From Carcharhinus longimanus (lineage: Eukaryota), in assembly GCA_030264375.1 (NCBI GenBank), contig JASCQW010000001.1:141930722-141994721 (forward strand): DNA of 64,000 bases, read 5' to 3'. The notes under the pieces were generated by a model. It did not search any database and was not told the origin of the DNA. It was given only the letters and a program-made list of their open reading frames with translations. The position numbers and the translations under genes are program-made. Shown one piece after another: positions 61,916-64,000 of this stretch (its first letter is position 1; each line of letters begins with the position of its first letter).

Positions 61916-64000
61916 GGGCTGGATTTTCAAGACTTCCCACACAATCTTCTGAGAGGTGGCCTCCTAATTGACTGCTTCCATGCTCTTCACCCAGTTAAGG
62001 GGAATGAAACGGTCCATTGATGCTGCTGGCCCAATCAGAGGCTTGGTAACTTAGGCTCTTTGATATCCCCCTAGGGAGATGAGTGTTACTGAGGTATGTT
62101 GGAGATCACAAGGGCACCTCAACACGAAGGCAACTCACTGGCTAACACAAAACGGTCACATGGAAGACCCTCTGAAGATGGTACAGACATTGGCATGGAG
62201 TAGAAACCCTTCTGCAGGTTTGGGCACAGGCACTTTTGTGGTCTTTCCTCCACTGATCTGCATTCAGGCATGTGGCCTCCAGTGTTAATGGTCCCTTGCT
62301 ACCTCTGATTTGTTGGTGGTCTCCACACAAGGCAGAGGAGCTGCTCTGCTTGTGGGAAAGTTCCAGCGACATTACAAAAATGGCTCCTGATGGGGGCCTT
62401 AACCACTCTAATTGGTTGCATGCCTCATTGTAGTACACAACCAATCCTGCTATCAGCCTAACTCTGAGAATGTTTCCCAGCCTGCATCTTGGCTCCAACC
62501 CCATCTCCATGGATTGGCAGGTTGCTGGGGAGGTGGAGCAAAAGCTATGCAAAGAGCAAGCTCTGTGCAGTGCCCTTTGTCATGGAGCCAGGTACTCCCT
62601 GCTGCTTTCTGGAGAGGTGGCAAATGAAACATTCCGTATATCTGGGCTCCCTCAATCCTTGTGCTGAGCTGACTCACCATCTGCTGATCCCAACTTGATA
62701 CTCAACTTGAAGGCCTGTCCAGTATCCAGATTTGAGTTGATGATTGCAACTGTCAGTTCAAGTGGCAAAGCCCCTTCATCAGTCATGTACTGTTGCTTTC
62801 TCTCTTTCACCAGGAACTAATGTGGCTGGGCAAGTGGCAGTCCTTGAGTGTCTGAAAACAGGAAATTGGGAGGGGTAGGTTGGGGTGAGGAAAGGTCGTG
62901 GGTGGAAAGCAAGTGGTCCATGATCACACCATCTGCAATTTTCTCATCATGTTGGTTAACAGGCTGAGGTTGTACTGAGGAATTGAGAAAAGATGTAATG
63001 CAGGAAGATGCCACGACCTTGGCGTTCCCAGTGATGTTGTGGGGCCCATCGCAGTCAGCTGTGTCACGATGCTGAAAACCATCTCTATAGGGATCAAGAG
63101 ATGTAATCATCCTTGTCCCTGTTGGTTTTGCTCTGTTTGTTCCATTATTACTACCTTGTCCTGCAATGGAGAGGACAGAATGTCAGTGATTGTGTAGCGC
63201 TGTGCTTGGTGATGTGCCTGCCAATAGCTGGAGGCTATTGCAGGCTGTGAAAAGTACATATGAGGCATTTTGTGGATATGTGGTTGAGTTGGAGTACTTG
63301 GGTGTTAGGCTGAGTACAGAGTGCTCATGAGTGTTGCTGGGTGAATGATGTAGATGTGGTGCACTGTGTGGCATGAACGGTTGTTAGAGCAGAGGTTATG
63401 TGAAGATTCATTCACTGACATTGACTCCTGCATGATGTCAATTAATGAGGGCCTGTGCTGCCAGTCCCTCTGTATTAACTGCAGCAGTTGACTTGCTGAT
63501 TGTCTTCTGACACTTCCTTCTGAGGGCAGTTCTTGAGGGTCCCTCCCCATGGAAGAATGGCATCTCTGCTCCTGCTCATCTGCAACGCGAATGTCTCCAG
63601 TACTGAATCCATCTGGATTCTCCTGCGGTCCAGGTTTTCATTCGTCAGGAATTTCCACTTTGGCAGTCTTTTTCCCTCACCTTCCCTGTAAGTGGCAGGC
63701 TGCTCGCACCACATGGTTAGTAAAAACATTGCTGGTATTGCCATCAATCCGTAGACCAGGTTTGCAGAATTGAGAAGACCAATGTTGAATGCCAGATTCC
63801 TGTGTTGAAATCATTTGGATGTGGTGGGTAGACTAGTATTGTGTCTATCTATTTCGATTTGAATGGGCATTGGCAGGCATGCCACAAACTACATGCCCTC
63901 AAAACATTATGCCAGGGTCTTCAAGAGAGATGAGGAAAGTGCAAAAATTGGAAGATGTGCCAAAATTTTGCAGTATAGCAAACATGACCCTGAATTTCTG
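61916..64000. mobile_element. Possible decayed Harbinger-like DNA transposon remnant
   Basis: Begins with gggctggattttc (same terminus type as 34988) with a GC shift running to the window end; no intact transposase motif readable. Confidence 0.3.

Larger units (their letters stand above)
10240..64000 (+). other. FAT4: Large FAT4 intron (continues beyond the window)
   Basis: No ORF with cadherin motifs and no VEIxLQDINDNPPxF-like next exon seen by eye; AT-rich, repeat-rich sequence. Confidence 0.75.

Noticed and set aside
10300-64000. The many 60-136 aa ORFs in the track
   Set aside because: Mostly non-ATG starts, low complexity, gap-spanning or SINE/LINE-derived, with no protein motifs other than decayed LINE ends.

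Overview
Eukaryotic (vertebrate) genomic DNA, very probably from a shark or other elasmobranch, judged from HE1-type V-SINEs, CR1/L2 3' ends and abundant Penelope-type tails. It is a draft assembly with 7 N-gaps. The only convincing coding sequence is one large internal exon of the giant protocadherin FAT4 (+ strand, 7351-10239, 2889 nt, 963 codons, phase 0-0, about nine cadherin repeats) with a clean AG acceptor and GTAAGT donor. Everything else appears to be intron: about 7.3 kb upstream and at least 53.7 kb downstream, with no next exon found. All other ORFs in the track look spurious. The most notable structure is in the introns: three distinct short repeat families each carry a minimal type-I hammerhead-ribozyme core (stem I-CUGANGA-stem II-GAAA-palindromic helix III-UH-stem I'). 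Several copies have 10-15 bp target-site duplications, two form head-to-head palindromes with a hammerhead in each arm, and one appears to be a chimera of two families inside a single TSD. This points to non-autonomous, hammerhead-bearing Penelope-like (retrozyme-like) elements. Also notable are an intron that splits what I recall as a single ~5.2-kb first coding exon in human FAT4, and V-SINEs carrying two different LINE-derived tails. Family names come from recognition by eye, not database searches.
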